Positions 1 through 13,090 of a stretch of 64,000 bases of DNA are shown here, piece by piece. Origin of the DNA: Eledone cirrhosa (lineage: Eukaryota); contig OZ024765.1 in the NCBI GenBank assembly GCA_964016885.1, positions 22,878,001 through 22,942,000 of the forward strand. The letters are read 5' to 3'. A model generated the notes under the pieces. That model made no database searches. It was not told the origin of the DNA and saw nothing but the letters and a program-made list of their open reading frames with translations. A program made the position numbers and the translations under genes. Numbering within the stretch: position 1 is the first letter of the stretch; each line of letters starts with the position of its first letter.

Positions 1-3000
1 CCTACCTACCTACCTACCTACCTCCCTGTTACCTACCTACCTACCTACCTCCCTGTTACCTACCTACCTCCCTGTTACCTACCTACCTGTTACCTACCTA
101 CCTACCTACCTACCTACCTACCTACCTCCCTGTTACCTACCTACCTACCTACCTACCTACCTACCTACCTCCATGTTACCTACCTACCTCCCTGTTACCT
201 ACCTACCTACCTACCTACCTACCTCCATGTTACCTACCTACCTACCTGTTACCTACCTACCTACCTACCTACCTGTTACCTACCTACCTACCTACCTACC
301 TACCTCCCTATTACCTACCTACCTCCTACCTACCTACCTACCTACCTACCTACCTACCTCCCTATTACCTACCTCCCTATTACCTACCTACCTACCTACC
401 TACCTACCTACCTACCTGTTACCTACCTACCTACCTATTACCTACCTACCTACCTACCTCCCTGTTACCTACCTCCCTACCTACCTACCTCCCTACCTAC
501 CTACCTACCTACCTACCTACCTACCTACCTACCTACCTACCTACCTACCTACCTACCTACCTCCCTACCTACCTACCTACCTACCTACCTACCTACCTAC
601 CTACCTACCTCCCTGTTACCTACCTACCTACCTACCTACCTACATCCCTGTTACCTACCTACCTACCTACCTCCCTGTTACCTACCTACCTACCTACCTA
701 CCTCCCTGTTACCTACCTACCTACCTCCCTACCTACCTACCTACCTACCTACCTACCTACCTACCTACCTCCCTGTTACCTACCTACCTACCTACCTACC
801 TACCTACCTCCCTACCTCCCTACCTACCTACCTACCTCCCTGTTACCTACCTACCTACCTGTTACCTACCTACCTACCTACCTACCTACCTACCTACCTA
901 CCTCCCTGTTACCTACCTACCTACCTCCCTACCTACCTACCTACCTACCTCCCTGTTACCTACCTACCTACCTGTTACCTACCTACCTACCTACCTACCT
1001 ACCTACCTCCCTGTTACCTACCTACCTGTTACCTACCTACCTACCTACCTACCTACCTACCTCCCTGTTACCTACCTACCTACCTACCTACCTCCCTGTT
1101 ACCTACCTACCTACCTCCCTACCTACCTACCTCCCTGTTACCTACCTACCTACCTACCTACCTCCCTGTTACCTACCTACCTACCTACCTACCTACCTAC
1201 CTACCTACCTCCCTGTTACCTACCTACCTACCTACCTACCTACCTACCTGTTACCTACCTACCTACCTACCTCCCTGTTACCTACCTACCTACCTACCTA
1301 CCTACCTACCTCCCTGTTACCTACCTACCTACCTACCTACCTACCTACCTACCTCCCTGTTACCTACCTACCTACCTATCTACCTACCTACCTCCCTGTT
1401 ACCTACCTACCTACCTACCTACCTCCCTGTTACCTACCTACCTACCTACCTACCTACCTGTTACCTACCTACCTACCTACCTACCTACCTACCTCCCTGT
1501 TACCTACCTACCTACCTACCTACCTACCTACCTCCCTGTTACCTACCTACCTACCTATCTACCTACCTACCTCCCTGTTACCTACCTACCTACCTACCTA
1601 CCTACCTCCCTGTTACCTACCTACCTACCTACCTACCTACCTCCCTGTTACCTACCTACCTACCTGTTACCTACCTACCTACCTACCTCCCTGTTACCTA
1701 CCTACCTACCTACCTACCTACCTACCTACCTATTACCTACCTCCTACCTACCTACCTACCTACCTACCTACCCACCTACCTGTTACCTACCTACCTCCCT
1801 GTTACCTACCTACCTACCTACCTACCTACCTCCCTGTTACCTACCTACCTACCTACCTACCTCCCTACCTACCTACCTACCTACCTACCTCCCTGTTACC
1901 TACCTACCTCCCTACCTACCTACCTACCTCCCTGTTACCTACCTACCTACCTACCTACCTCCCTGTTACCTACCTACCTCCCTACCTACCTACCTACCTA
2001 CCTACCTACCTACCTACCTCCCTGTTACCTACCTACCTACCTACCTACCAACCTACCTACCTACCTATTACCTACCTACCTATTACCTACCTACCTCCCT
2101 GTTACCTACCTCCCTGTTACCTACCTACCTACCTACCAACCTACCTACCTACCTACCTACCTACCTACCTAGCTACCTACCTACCTACCTACCTCCCTGT
2201 TACCTACCTACCTACCTACCTACCTCCCTGTTACCTACCTACCTACCTACCTACCTCCCTACCTACCTACCTCCCTGTTACCTACCTACCTACCTCCCTG
2301 TTACCTACCTACCTCCCTGTTACCTACCTACCTACCTACCTACCTCCCTGTTACCTACCTACCTACCTACCTCCCTGTTACCTACCTACCTACCTACCTA
2401 CCTACCTACCTACCTCCCTGTTACCTACCTACCTACCTACCTACCTACCTCCCTGTTACCTACCTACCTACCTACCTACCTCCCTGTTACCTACCTACCT
2501 ACCTACCTACCTACCTACCTACCTCCCTGTTACCTACCTACCTACCTACCTCCCTGTTACCTACCTACCTACCTACCTACCTCCCTGTTACCTACCTACC
2601 TACCTATTACCTACCTACCTACTTACCTACCTACCTACCTGTTACCTACCTCCTACCTACCTACCTACCCACCTACCTACCTACCTACCTACCTACCTAC
2701 CTATTACCTACCTACCTACCTACCTCCCTGTTACCTACCTACCTACCTACCTACCTACCTACCTACCTCCCTGTTACCTACCTACCTACCTATTACCTAC
2801 CTACCTACTTACCTACCTACCTACCTACCTACCTCCCTGTTACCTACCTACCTACCTGTTACCTACCTCCTACCTACCTACCTACCCACCTACCTACCCA
2901 CCTACCTACCTACCTATTACCTACCTACCTACTTACCTACCTACCTACCTGTTACCTACCTCCTACCTACCTACCTACCCACCTACCTACCCACCTACCT

Positions 3001-3257
3001 ACCTACCTATTACCTACCTACCTCCCTGTTACCTACCTATCTACCTACCTACCTACCTATCTATCTACCTACCTACCTACCTACCTACCTACCTACCTAC
3101 CTCCCTGTTACCTACCTACCTACCTACCTACCTACCTATTACCTACCTACCTACCTACCTACCTACCTACCTATCTACCTACCTACCTACCTACCTACCT
3201 ATCTACCTACCTACCTACCTACCTATCTACCTACCTACCTACCTATCTACCTACCTA
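1..3257. repeat. (CCTA)n microsatellite interspersed with CCTGTTA units
   Basis: Direct reading; the 1121-aa LPTY ORF is a translation artefact. Confidence 0.97.
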
Positions 3258-4264
3258 CACGTATTTTGCTTCTGACAACGCAGCCTTCATGCTTTGCGTC
3301 GAAGAACTGGTCCAAAGCCGTTCTCGTCGCTAGCACGCTGGCTACGTTGCCACTCCTAAGTGCCTTTTCTACTTTATCTACCAGTTCCTTTTCGGTCTTA
3401 TTTTTATCTAACACTAATTCTTTACTAAAATCTATCGAGTCTAATCTAACTGCCCTCTTGAGAGAGTACCACCATCTGTTGTTGACAATGGCCCCCGTCA
3501 AGTGCTGCTTAACTAAAGTGCTAATCCGTCTACTGTAGGCTTTGCATGTCGGTAACGACAAGTTCAGCTTCCAGTAGCCGGGTCCCTGTCTATGGGTTTT
3601 GTCAAGGTTGACTAAGCAGGTCACTGATTTGTGATCCGAATAGGCAACCATGAACATTTGTGGACAGCTTAACATGTCCCTACCTTCTTTCCAACTAGAA
3701 CCCCATCTAGGTACGATCTAGATGTTCCGCTAAGATTAGTCCACGTCCACAGTGGCACATTCGGAAAATCTAGTCGATATCTATCGGCCAGGTCAAATCG
3801 GCCGATTAACTGTTTGAGGCTGTTACACCCCCCTCTATCGGGACATGCTCCCACATAGTCCCAACGTGTATCTTTGATTCCATTCCAGTCCCCCACTAAC
3901 AGCAGGGAGCGGGACGTTCCCAGAAAAGTCTCTAGACGTTTGAAGACGTCTGGCCGCGGTGTCCCGGATGGGGCATATGCGGCCACCAGCCTGAAGGCTC
4001 CACCTTCACTACCGTCAACGTCTAGGACCACCAGTCGACCCTCCGGGTCCAGATGTACCGTCTGTGTTACGAGGTCCAGGTGTTTCCGCAGCAAAGCGGC
4101 AACCCCAACCCCACCTCCCGGCTGACAGAGAGATGCGTAGATCTCAAAGTCGTCGAAGATGGGGACCAGTTGTCGCTCGCTGTGTATCCTGGACTCGCAA
4201 ATGGCTGCTACATCCATGCTGTGCGACCTGAGGTCGTTTAAGAGTTTGCCCTGTTTCCAGGGCA
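3258..4264 (-). mobile_element. Tx1/L1-type LINE ORF2 fragment (APE endonuclease and linker), frameshifted
   Basis: ORFs 3669-4265 and 3247-3675 carry LLLVGDWN, WTWTN..SRSYLD, SDH and GPGYWKLN, typical of L1/Tx1 endonucleases. Confidence 0.85.
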
Positions 4265-4309
4265 TAAATAAATAGATAGATAAATAGGTAGATAGATAGA
4301 TAGGTAGAT

Positions 4310-4545
4310 AGATTTTGAAGGATGCAGTGTTCTGACCGCAAACAACTGATGCAGGTAGTTTGTTCCATGCTTCAGCAATCTCTGAATGTGAACAAAACAG
4401 CTGGGCTGTTTTCTGACTTTGTAGGCATGTCTACGGGTTTTAAACATACGGAATTCAAAAAGGTGCTCAGGGTTGTTGTTGGTAAGGTGGTTAATAATTT
4501 TGTGGGTGTTTACCAAATCAGTTGCCAGACGTCAGAGCTTTACTG
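4310..4545 (-). mobile_element. Decayed CR1/L2-like LINE 3' end
   Basis: HKIINHL..PEHLFEF..KTRRHAYKVRK resembles the CR1 C-terminal TRGH..K motif. Confidence 0.4.
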
Positions 4546-4838
4546 TATCCATATATATCTGTGTGTGTGTGTAGCACATCTTTAGTTAGCAATTATAACG
4601 AGTCTGGTGCTAAGATGAGTTTGTGGTGTTCATCAATTGTGGATTGCTCAATGATGCAGTCATCATTGGCAGAATGTAGGCGAAGGAAGATTGATGTGCT
4701 GGAATCAATGTGACCAGTGATTGTGAGTGTGCAAGTAAGTGTTCCTTATGATGATGTGATGGTTCCATGGGTAAGTGGTCTACCATGGGCAAGCTCTCTA
4801 CCATGGGTAAGTGGTCTACCTTGAACACATGAGACAAC

Positions 4839-5276
4839 TGTAGCAAGAGTTGCCTCCCTTTTTATGACGATCACATCACCAGTAGCCTCTCTAGACAGGA
4901 AGTAGCTGGAGTTACTTCCCGTTGAGGTTGCAGAACCTCCTTAGGAACTTCCGTCCAGGGAACTATAAAATGAGAGAGCTGAAAGCTATCTCCCTCTCTT
5001 TTCACCTTTCGGCCAGGCGCATTCCGCCGAAGGTATACTCTCTCGCTTCCTGTCTGTGAAAAGGTAAACACCTAACTTTCTTTCGTCGTGAAATCACTAG
5101 CCAACATGTAACACAACAACTTAACCACGGCCTGGCAACACTTCAGCCAGTGGACCGTGTCTTCTGAAATCCTTAATTCATTGTTTCATCTCTCTTGGCA
5201 TGTCAGCTATTCAGCTCTACTCAGCTCAATCTTCGTAAATAAATATTGTACATACAACCTCAGTCACCCTGTTATA
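4839..5276 (+). mobile_element. Solo-LTR-like element
   Basis: TGTAG...TGTTATA termini, AATAAA near the 3' end, flanked by the 4-bp direct repeat CAAC; 3' ~235 bp shared with 10442-10816. Confidence 0.65.
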
Positions 5277-5398
5277 CAACTAGAAACCCAATATCCAGTG
5301 AAACTTAAGCAATCAAAGAACAGCTTCTTGGTGGTTACATGATAATGTAATAGAAACCATTGAGGTGATTATCAAATTATTGCTACATACAGTAGGTA

Positions 5399-6143
5399 AC
5401 TGCTGCAACTGGTTTCTCCCTCAAAATGAAAGGCAGACTGTATTATGCGTGTATACGAACAGCAATGTTACATGGTGGTGAGACATGGGCGCTGTCTGTG
5501 GAAGACTTGCGTAGATTAGAAAGAAACGAAGCCTGCATGCTCCGATGGATGTGTAATAGTAATATACGCGAATGGCAAAGTATAAATGAATTGAGTGAGA
5601 GACAGTATAAGAGGAATCAAATGCTGTGTGCAGGAGAGGAGGTTGCGTTGGTATGGACATGTGATGCGTATGATGAATGACATAAGGTGCAGAGCACTAA
5701 AAGTCGAGAGAAGACTTGGAGTGGGGAGACCCAAGAAGACCTGGGATAAGTTGATAAAAGCTGGCCTTACCCAATTACACCCCTCAAAGGCGATGACACA
5801 GGACCGAGACCTCTGGCGTCACGCAGTAATACAGAAGACCCGACTTCCCACGGGTACAAGCCAAAGCTGAAGCATCTAGACAAAGTGGTCGTGGAGGTGT
5901 CATGACAAAAAGCACCCAGCCCACACTGTAAAGTGGACGTGTAGGCGCACGGTAAAAAAAGCACCCATCACTCACTGTAAATGAGGTTGGTGTTAGGAAC
6001 GGCATCCAGCTGTAGAAATCAAGCCAGAATCAGTTCCCGTATGAGCAAGACATGGTCACCTGACCTGGCATTGCCCACACCAGGACAACCCATCTAACCC
6101 ATGCTAGCATGGAAGAATGGACGTAAAACGGTGACGATGATGA
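5399..6143 (+). mobile_element. RTE LINE 3' fragment with 3' UTR and (GAT)n tail
   Basis: KGRLY..C.RTAMLHG.ETW, RRLRWYGHVMR and GRPKKTW motifs. Confidence 0.9.
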
Positions 6144-6590
6144 CCTCTGTTCTCCCCCCTCTCTCCCTCTCGTGTCGGACTATATAATACTTACATCCAA
6201 ACAAATACTTTTCCTTTTGTTAATTTCTCGTCTTCCCAGTTGTAACAAATTTACTGGTGGCGGAGGTTTTTAATTGTGTCACCAACATGACCACATTACA
6301 CGGTGGACGGGTTGATTTTTGTCATGTCACCAACACAATACACTCACACAGATACACACACACACATACAAACATACACATCACTGGAACACTTGTCAGA
6401 GTCAATGGAAGTCCAATAACAGCAACAGCAACAACAAAGACCAATTTTGTTTTATTAACGAGATGCTAGTTGTCCTTAAACCTGGCATCTGGTCAACTGG
6501 TCAACCAGTTGACCAGATGACCACCTTACCCCCACATACACACACAAACATATACACACACCCACACACACAAACAGACATATACACATT

Positions 6591-6777
6591 GGTGAATTGG
6601 CAGTATCGGTAGAGGGTTGGACGCCATGCTTTCTAGCATAGTTACGTCCCTTTACAGTCTGAGTTCAAATCCCGCCGAGGTTAACTTTGCCTTTCATCCT
6701 TACGGGGTCGATAAAATAAAGTACCAGTAATGTACTGAGTGATTGCTGGCCTTGTGCCTAAAGTAGAAACAATTATT
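6591..6777 (+). mobile_element. tRNA-derived SINE family A
   Basis: B-box-like GAGTTCAAATCC and core TTGCCTTTCATCCTTACGGGGTCGATAAAAT, found in many copies in the window. Confidence 0.85.
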
Positions 6778-7249
6778 TCCTACACACACATATATACAAA
6801 TACACACCCAGTCACATACACACCGACACGCACAAATAAACACACACAAACAGACACAGACCATTCATTCCTACACACACACACAGATACAAATACTTGT
6901 ACACACCCAAACACACACATTAACAAACAGGCATATGCACATACAAACACATGCACACACACACATACACTAATACACTAATACACAAGCACAGACAAAA
7001 AAAAACAGACAGGCACACACATATACACATACATATATATACACACACACATATACACAATATCACAATTCTCTACCAATTGCCTGTTGAACAAACAGCT
7101 AACCTTGATCTCACACACATACACATACATACACATACACACATACACACACACATACATACACACTCACGTGTGTGTGTGTGTGGAGGGGGGGGTTAGG
7201 GATTTGGTGTGTTTGTGTGCATGTATGTGGTGGGGTTTTGTGTTTGTAA

Positions 7250-7812
7250 GCTTGTGTGAGTGTGCATGTGTCTGTACGTGTGTGTGTGTGCTTATGTGTG
7301 TATGTGTCTGTACGTGTGTGTGGGTGGGTGTGTGCTTGTGTGTATGTGTCTGTGTGTGTGTGTGTCTGTACGTGTGTGTATGTGTCTGTGTGTGTGTGTG
7401 TCTGTACGTGTGTGTATGTGTCTGTACGTGTGTGTGGCTGGGTGTGTGCTTATGTGTGTATGTGTCTGTACGTGTGTGTGTGTGTGTGTTTGTACGTGTG
7501 TGTGGGTGGGTGTGTGCTTATGTGCATGTGTCTGTACGTGTGTGTGTGGGTGGGTGTGTGCTTATGTGTGTATGTGTCTGTACGTGTGTGTGGGTGTGTG
7601 TGTGTGTGTGTATGTGTCTGTACGTGTGTGTGCTTATGTGTGTATGTGTCTGTACGTGTGTGTGGGTGGGTGTGTGCTTATGTGTGTATGTGTCTGTACG
7701 TGTGTGTGTGTGTGCTTATGTGTGTATGTGTCTGTACGTGTGTGTGTGTGTGCTTATGTGTGTATGTGTCTGTACGTGTGTGTGTGTGTGTGTGCTTATG
7801 TGTGTATGTGTA
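7250..7812. repeat. Complex (GT)n minisatellite
   Basis: Repeated GCTTATGTGTGTATGTGTCTGTACGTGT units. Confidence 0.9.
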
Positions 7813-8143
7813 CCTGATTATAGAAAATGAGGACACACAGACAGTGGCAGCATTAACGATCAATTTTATTTCCTGATTAAATTAATTAACAAATGCTGTG
7901 GTTAGAATGTCTCTGGACAGATTTTATGGACAAAACCAGTTGGCAGGAGACCCCGAGTAAGATGGTTGGATAACATCCTTGAACTTGGTTGGTCTCACTT
8001 GGGGTCAAGCCGGATCAGTTGGAGACAGTTGCTTCTGACAGGACCCACTAGAGGGAGTGTTTGAGGTCACTGCCTCCCACGACCCTCTCAGGAATAAGTG
8101 GGCAAAGAAGAACAACAACAAACGCTGTTATTTACCAAGCAAG

Positions 8144-8336
8144 GGTGGTGGATTGGCAGTATCGGTAGAGGGTCGGACGCCATGCTTTCCAGCATAGAGT
8201 TACGTCCCTTTACGATCTGAGTTCAAATCCCGCTGAGGTTGACTTTGCCTTTCATCCTTACGGGGTCGATAACATAAAGTACCAGTAATGTACTGGGTAA
8301 TTGCTGGCCTTGTGCCTAAAGTAGAAACAGTTATTT
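8144..8336 (+). mobile_element. SINE family A
   Basis: Near-identical to 6591-6777. Confidence 0.85.
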
Positions 8337-8939
8337 ACCAAGCAAATGGGAAACAGTTATTGAAGTAGACAACAATTATGCTCCAGAATGGCTGTTTAAA
8401 CATGTTTGATGGTAAACTTAGGAAAATTAACAAATAGAGAACAAGACAACGAATGAAAAGATAAAATGAAAAACATTATTTTTTAAGGGGGAAACCTTAA
8501 ATTATTTTTTGAAAAGAAAAATAGAAACGAAGGACACAGAACTCCAGGGTGATCAGCCGTTGAGATGGACTTTCGACCCCTAACAACAGTACTGCTGGTC
8601 TACCTAGGATCACAGCATCTGACACAAGCCAAAACAGTGTCCATGGAGTAAGAGATGAGACAAAACAATTGATGAGTGCAGAAATGGCAGGAGTTCCATG
8701 TGGAAGGAAGCTGTGGAAGAGGAAGACCAAGAAAGATCCGGACAGCGAGCATGACAGCTGACCTCAACAAACTACAACTCACAAGAACATTACCAATGTT
8801 ATTTTTACAAACTCAAGAAAGTGTTTAACCCTTTAACATTCAGTCAGAATTCTTTCACGTCTTTCTGTTTAAACAGGCTGTAACCAGCATCCTTAACACT
8901 AAATCTATTAGACTATCTTACTCCACTGCACCAAACATA

Positions 8940-9561
8940 GAGGCACACATTAAGATGCTCTATGCTAAAAAGATACGTAACAACACCGGAACACACATTT
9001 ATAACAATAACAATGAAATTACCATCGACCACAACAGAATATCTAATACACAACCACCCACTAGAAGGCAAACAAAACGTAACACACTTGTACGGGCATC
9101 GCAGCCCACCAATTATGCCAAAGTTGCCCATGACAAGAATTGTAACTGCCACCTACCTGAAACCTGTCCATTACATAATGAATGTATGCAGTCTAACCTG
9201 GTTTACCAATCCACAGTAGAATCAGTCAACCAGAAATGGTATTACATCGGAGCGACTGGGAATACATTTAAAGCCCGTTGGTATACACACCGTTACGCAA
9301 TGAAACATTCCCAGCATTGTTATGTAACTACCCTTGCGAACAAGACCTGGCAACCATCAATACACCCTGAAGTGGAAAAAATTATCGAACGCACCCCCAT
9401 ATCGGAGTGGTATGAGAAGCTGTCAATTATGTGACCTTGAACTGTTTCACATTTTGAGTTCGAAGAATAGGTTACTCAACAATAAAATCGAAAGATCAAT
9501 TTATTGCAACCATAGACTCAAAGAAAAATGTTCGCACAACAAGTGCAAATCGAACCCTTAA
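8940..9561 (+). mobile_element. Penelope-like element C-terminal GIY-YIG endonuclease fragment (possibly Naiad-type), frameshifted
   Basis: CNCHLPETC (CxCx5C), LVY...YYIGAT..FKARWYTH, CQLC..E, LLN and CNH motifs. Confidence 0.8.
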
Positions 9562-10441
9562 CCTCCTACTACCACCTGACAAACTGCATATACTTAGACT
9601 TTCTACCCTCTTATTGAATCTAACCCCTTTAATTACCCACAGTAGCCAATACTTATGTCCCTCCCTCTCTTTCATTCCTTCTTTTCTTCTCTCCCTTTTT
9701 TGCTATCTTTTCTTTTCTATCTTCCCCCTTTATTTTTATATATATATATATATATATTTCTCTCTCTCTCCCACTATAAACAATTTAATTCTCTTTAACT
9801 CCCTACACTGTAAATTGACGACATCAAGTCTACGAATCAAAACTGATCGAGGAATCCTTTCACCTTTACCCCTCCCTCCATCCCTGTTTGCCCCTCTACT
9901 TCCTAATTCTTCTCCCCTTCCTCTCTTTCTTTATACTACTCCGTTTGTCACTCAACTTCCTAATTATTCTCCCCCTTCCTCTCTCTCTCTATACTAGTCA
10001 ATACGATTCCAAAAAAATGTTTTTTATATATTAAGAATCTTTTACAAGTAACTTATTCATTATTTTGAGAATTTGGAGGTGAACAACAATTATTATTGAG
10101 TGGCTGCTATTTGCAGTGTAGCGATATAAGGTTGCACTTAATGAAAGGGTCGTAAATACCTGAATAAAATCCTTTTTTTAATGCTTACCTGTGTTTTCTC
10201 TTTTATTTCGATATATATACATATATAGCTAGATATAGATATATAAAAGGATGTAGTTCACATGAAGCATTGTGTTAGTGTATAATATATAATATCCATA
10301 TTTAGTTGAAGGCCAAGAGAAGTAGTTTGAATATTCATTTTATTAAGGCTAAATAATGACAAGATTCACTATTTAGCCTTAAGAAAATGAATATGTATAT
10401 ATATATATACATATATGAAAATGTATATATATCATCATCAT

Positions 10442-10816
10442 TATAACAGGACACTGGGTTGTATGTACAATATTTATTTACGAAGAATGGGCTGAGTAGA
10501 GCTGAATAGCTGACATGCCAAGAAAGATGAAACAATGAATTAAGGATTTTAGAAGACACGGTCCACTGGCTGAAGTGTTGCCAGGCCGTGGTTAAGTTGT
10601 TGTGTTACATGTTGGCTATTGATTTCACGACGAAAGAAAGTTAGGTGTTTACCTTTTCACAGACAGGAAGCGACAGGCTGATTCTTCAAATCAATGCGGG
10701 AACTTTTCCCTCGGGGCGCGTAGAGATACATTCTCTTCTACTGGCGCTGATTGGCTGAGCTGAGCCAAATCACGCACAGAGAATGTATGTAAGCCCGCGG
10801 AATGTAGGTCACTACA
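10442..10816 (-). mobile_element. Solo-LTR-like element inserted in the (ATG)n tail of an RTE
   Basis: TGTAG...TGTTATA termini on the minus strand with ATGA on both sides; 3' part matches 5040-5276. Confidence 0.6.
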
Positions 10817-11807
10817 TCATCATCATCATCATCATCATCATCATATGTCCGATGTTCCCTGCTTGCAAGGGTGGGACGGGTCTTATTCAGCGCAGCATCT
10901 CTCCACTTGTCACGGTCCTTCGTCATCTCCACCGTGAGCTTCAACGATCTGAGGTCTGTTCTCACCACCTCCGCCCATGTTTTTCGTGGTCTACCTCTAC
11001 CACGTCTTCCTTCAACTGGCATTTCCTGGCACTTCTTCACCCATCGGTCATCCTCCATGCGCATCACATGTCCATACCACCTCAGTCTCCTCTCTCGCAC
11101 ACTACATTCTATCCCTCTCAGACACAGTTTCTCTCTCAACACATTCATGCTGGGTCGTTCACGCACATTGACATTGCACATCCAACGGAGCATGCTTGCC
11201 TCATTTCTCTCCAGCCGTCGCATATCCTCTGCAGTTGCTGCCCATGTCTCACTACTTCTTCCAACCCGTCCTTATTCTAGATACTATGGCCTCGGAACAT
11301 CCTCCTCCCATGCTAATCTGATCTAGGTACCGGAAGCTATCCACCACTTCTATAGCATCCGCCTGCATTTGAAAAATGTGTCTATCAATGCGACTTCTAC
11401 TGTTTAATTTCCCTGTACATCTACTGCATACATATTTCTCCCTACCTGTTAGTTTGCCTGCTATCCCACTACATCTCTTGTGTACCCAGGATCTGCATTG
11501 TGTGGATTTTATAGAATTTATGCCAGTTCCTTTTCTGCATATCGAACATGGCCATTTCTCTGACGGAATCAGAGTTTTGTCCTCTTTTCTACTCATCAAC
11601 ACTTTTGTCTTAGCTAGGTTCACTCTCAGTCCTCTTGCTTCCAACTGCTGTTTCCATAGCCAGAATTTATTCTCTAGCTGCTCTACTGATTCTGCTATAA
11701 GAACCAGATCGTCAGCATAGAGAAGTTCCCATGGACAGCCAGTCTTAAACTCCTCTGTTATGGCTTGGAGGACTATAATGAACAAGAGCGGGCTGAGGAC
11801 CGAACCT

Positions 11808-11809
<2 letters not shown>
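10817..11809 (-). mobile_element. RTE LINE RT/C-terminal fragment (family 2)
   Basis: PWELLYADDLVL, CSIC..C..WVHKRC, RRLRWYGHVMR and GRPRKTW. Confidence 0.92.
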
Positions 11810-11856
<47 letters not shown>

Positions 11857-11954
11857 TTCATATATATATACATATATACAGTCATTTGATATGTGACATT
11901 TTTTGCGAAGCATATTATTGCTGGCCATAGGCAAGTTCCTGGCAGGACTAAATA

Positions 11955-12093
<139 letters not shown>

Positions 12094-12263
12094 GACCAAA
12101 AGTTAAACAAGGTTTATTGATTAATCAATGAATATAGTTTTACAATAGATTAGAAGCACTCAACAGTCAACTTTTCTGGAGTTATTAGTATTAATTCAAA
12201 ATATTAATAAAGTCTTGAATTCAACCATCAGCACAGTTGGGGTATGTCATACATCAATTTATA

Positions 12264-12322
12264 TATTTTATCTGATGAGGACGTACTGAAAAAACAGCAC
12301 AGTACCTCCGAAATATATATAA
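12264..12322 (+). ncRNA. Type I hammerhead motif, 3' strand of stem I truncated
   Basis: CTGATGA 12272, stem II GGAcGTACTG/CAGTACcTCC, GAAA 12310, TATATA-TA; sister copy at 28592. Confidence 0.7.
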
Positions 12323-13090
12323 TCTATATATATAAATCCGAAGATGTCTGTCTGTGTGTGTGTGAGTTTGAATCCCTAAAACTCAAAAAACACCCAACCG
12401 ACTGTTTTCAAACTTTACACATGTAATACTTATGTTTCAGGGAGTGTTCTGAGCAAAAAAAAATTTAGAATTTTCAATGCCCTAGGGACAGCATTAGGCG
12501 ATTTAGCAATCTTTCTCTATAATTCTTAGTCTTTCTCTTTTTAGATAGATACATATAACGTCGCGCCCTTATAATATCTGTCTGTATGTCTGGCTGTCTG
12601 CATTACGTAACTTCCCTGAGGATGTCTGTCTGTGTGTGTGTGTCTGTGAGTTTCAATCCCTAAAACTCGAGTAGTACCAACCGATATTTTTCAAACTTTA
12701 CATGTGTATTACTTATGTTTCAGGGAGTGTTATGCACATGAAAAAATTCAACTTTTTGATCTCCTAGAGCCCGCATTAGGTGAAAAACTGTGTTTTTTAA
12801 AGCTTTTTAGGGGTCTTTTGGGGCGTTACATCAGACCGATTTCCTTGTAATTGTAACTATGTATTAGTCAGTCTCTTCTTCATACCGTGAGCAAAGAAAA
12901 TCTAACTTTTTTAGGGCCTAGGGCCCGCATTAGGTGAAAAATTTCATTTTTTCAACTTTTTAGGGCTTTTTGGAGGCGTTAAATCTAGCAAATTTCCCGA
13001 AATTTCAAGGCATATTATGCACATAAAAAAAATTCATTTTCTTGATCCCCTAGGGCCCGCATTAGGTGAAAACCTGCATTTTTCCTGCTT
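12323..13090 (+). mobile_element. Helitron-like non-autonomous element, 5' part with internal repeats
   Basis: Begins A|TCTATATATATAAA; second copy at 50079-50492. Confidence 0.5.

Noticed and set aside
173-3538. 1121-aa LPTY ORF and the many YI/CV/HT/FS-rich ORFs
   Set aside because: Stop-free translations of microsatellites with no sign of protein-coding function
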